Shown here: piece after piece, positions 62,805 through 64,000 of the stretch
Layout of the letters: every line of letters begins with the position of its first letter
Numbering within the stretch: the stretch's first letter is position 1
Source: Octopus sinensis
Taxonomy: Eukaryota
Direction: 5' to 3'
Length of the DNA: 64,000 bases
NCBI RefSeq assembly: GCF_006345805.1
Contig: NC_042999.1
Coordinates: forward strand, 70,184,001-70,248,000
The notes under the pieces: model-generated
Database searches by the model: none
Told to the model about the DNA's origin: nothing
Seen by the model: only the letters and a program-made list of their open reading frames with translations
Position numbers and translations under genes: made by a program

Positions 62805-64000
62805 ATATGTGACGTGGCCAGAAACTTGCCCAGGTCACGAAAATATTCACTTTGCGGACCCATAACGCTGGGTGCATAAATTGCAACCAGCCTGATTGTC
62901 TTGCCACAACTAAAAGTCTGGTCGAGAACGACCAGCCTGCCTTCTAGATAAGAAAAAAAAACAACCTTTTCTCGGTTACCCGGTTTCTTTTTAGTAGGAC
63001 CAACACCCCGCCCGACTTAGAGAAACGTATTTCTCGTAGCCGTTCAGGTGGGGGAGCAGATCTATTGGCCCCTTCACCCGGGTTTCCGTTGCAACAATTA
63101 CATCCAAATTTCTTGACCTGCTGTCATTGAGGAAGCGCCCTTGCTTCCAACTCGACATCAGGTCACGAACATTTATACAACCAATGTGAATAGACATGAC
63201 TTACCTTTTAGATCGAGGGCGTCCTGTGGAAGGGACTCTCCACCTTTTCTTGAATTAGGGTCGGAGGTGGCAAGCCTTCAAATATAGAGTGATGAAAATC
63301 AAATCTCAATGCTGAAACCGATTTTCTATACGTGTTAAACAAGATATATGTTTTTTTTGTCCAATTCGTAAAATTCATAATTTTTATATTTATCTGATAT
63401 TTCGATTAGCCTAGTGTCTGATTTTTCTTTTATATCACGCATTAAGTCGTCGTTTTTGCTGTGTAGTGCAACTATTCCTCTGTTCGTCACCCCCTCCACC
63501 ATCCTCGGTCTGTCTCTCTTGGTTGTTTTTTTTATTTTTTTTGGTCTCGGCTCGCTCTGTTTTGCTGGTTCGAGCCTTCCATTTTCCTTTCATTGTTTAT
63601 TTTTCCTTCAGTTTCTCTCTCTCTCTCTCTTTCTTTTTTCTTCCCCATTGTCCGATTATGCTTCACCTTCTTTACAATATTTTTAATGTGACCCAGTTGG
63701 CCACACTGGAAACATCGGGGCTTACGCCCCTCAACAAAAATGTTTAGAACTTCCTCCCCTACTTCCACGATTTCTGGGAGATTTCTGCAGGAATTGAATA
63801 CTATCCTCCCTGTTTGCCAGGACTGCCGCCATTAAGCACATAGGGTTTACTCCGGGTGGAATTCTTGGTATTCTAACCTTAGATGTTCTCATTCCCATGT
63901 AAATTGGGATTAATATTGTGTCTTCCGACTCTTATGATTTTACAGAGTGTTGTTGTGCTGTTTCTGCGTTCTTGAACCTCACCAAGATGGTTCCAAACTT
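62805..64000 (-). mobile_element. L1/Tx1-like LINE relic: ORF1 C-terminus (zinc knuckle) and ORF2 APE endonuclease start; continues beyond the window
   Basis: ORF1 RKPRCFQCGQLGHIK; ORF2 MSIHIGCINVR.L...LDVIVATET, then EGRLVVLD...RLVAIYAP; AT-rich interruption at ~63270-63440. Confidence 0.85.

Noticed and set aside
1-64000. CRISPR array, rRNA or prokaryotic operon
   Set aside because: No regularly spaced repeat-spacer structure, no rRNA-like sequence and no long intact ORFs

Overview
AT-rich, microsatellite-saturated eukaryotic non-coding DNA. The SINE families and repeat landscape resemble an octopus/cephalopod genome; this is inference from recalled repeats, not a database hit. I recognise no host gene, only three weak candidate minus-strand exons. 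Nearly all ORFs in the supplied track are microsatellite or SINE read-through artefacts. Supportable content: (1) two decayed CR1-like LINE RT regions; (2) two 3' fragments of a restriction-like-endonuclease (R4/Dong-type) LINE; (3) an L1/Tx1-like ORF1-ORF2 junction; (4) a Penelope GIY-YIG fragment; (5) Tc1/mariner relics; (6) non-autonomous Helitrons, including an apparent head-to-tail array of a composite Helitron; (7) several MITE/fold-back elements; (8) about 35 SINE copies from four tRNA-headed families. The most notable signal is a set of minimal type I hammerhead ribozyme motifs in short Penelope-like repeats, several with non-canonical catalytic cores (CUGUNGA in four copies, GUGAACA with a C3:G8 to G3:C8 swap, CCGACGA). 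Homopolymer indels between repeat copies suggest a noisy long-read assembly, so single-base details need read-level confirmation.
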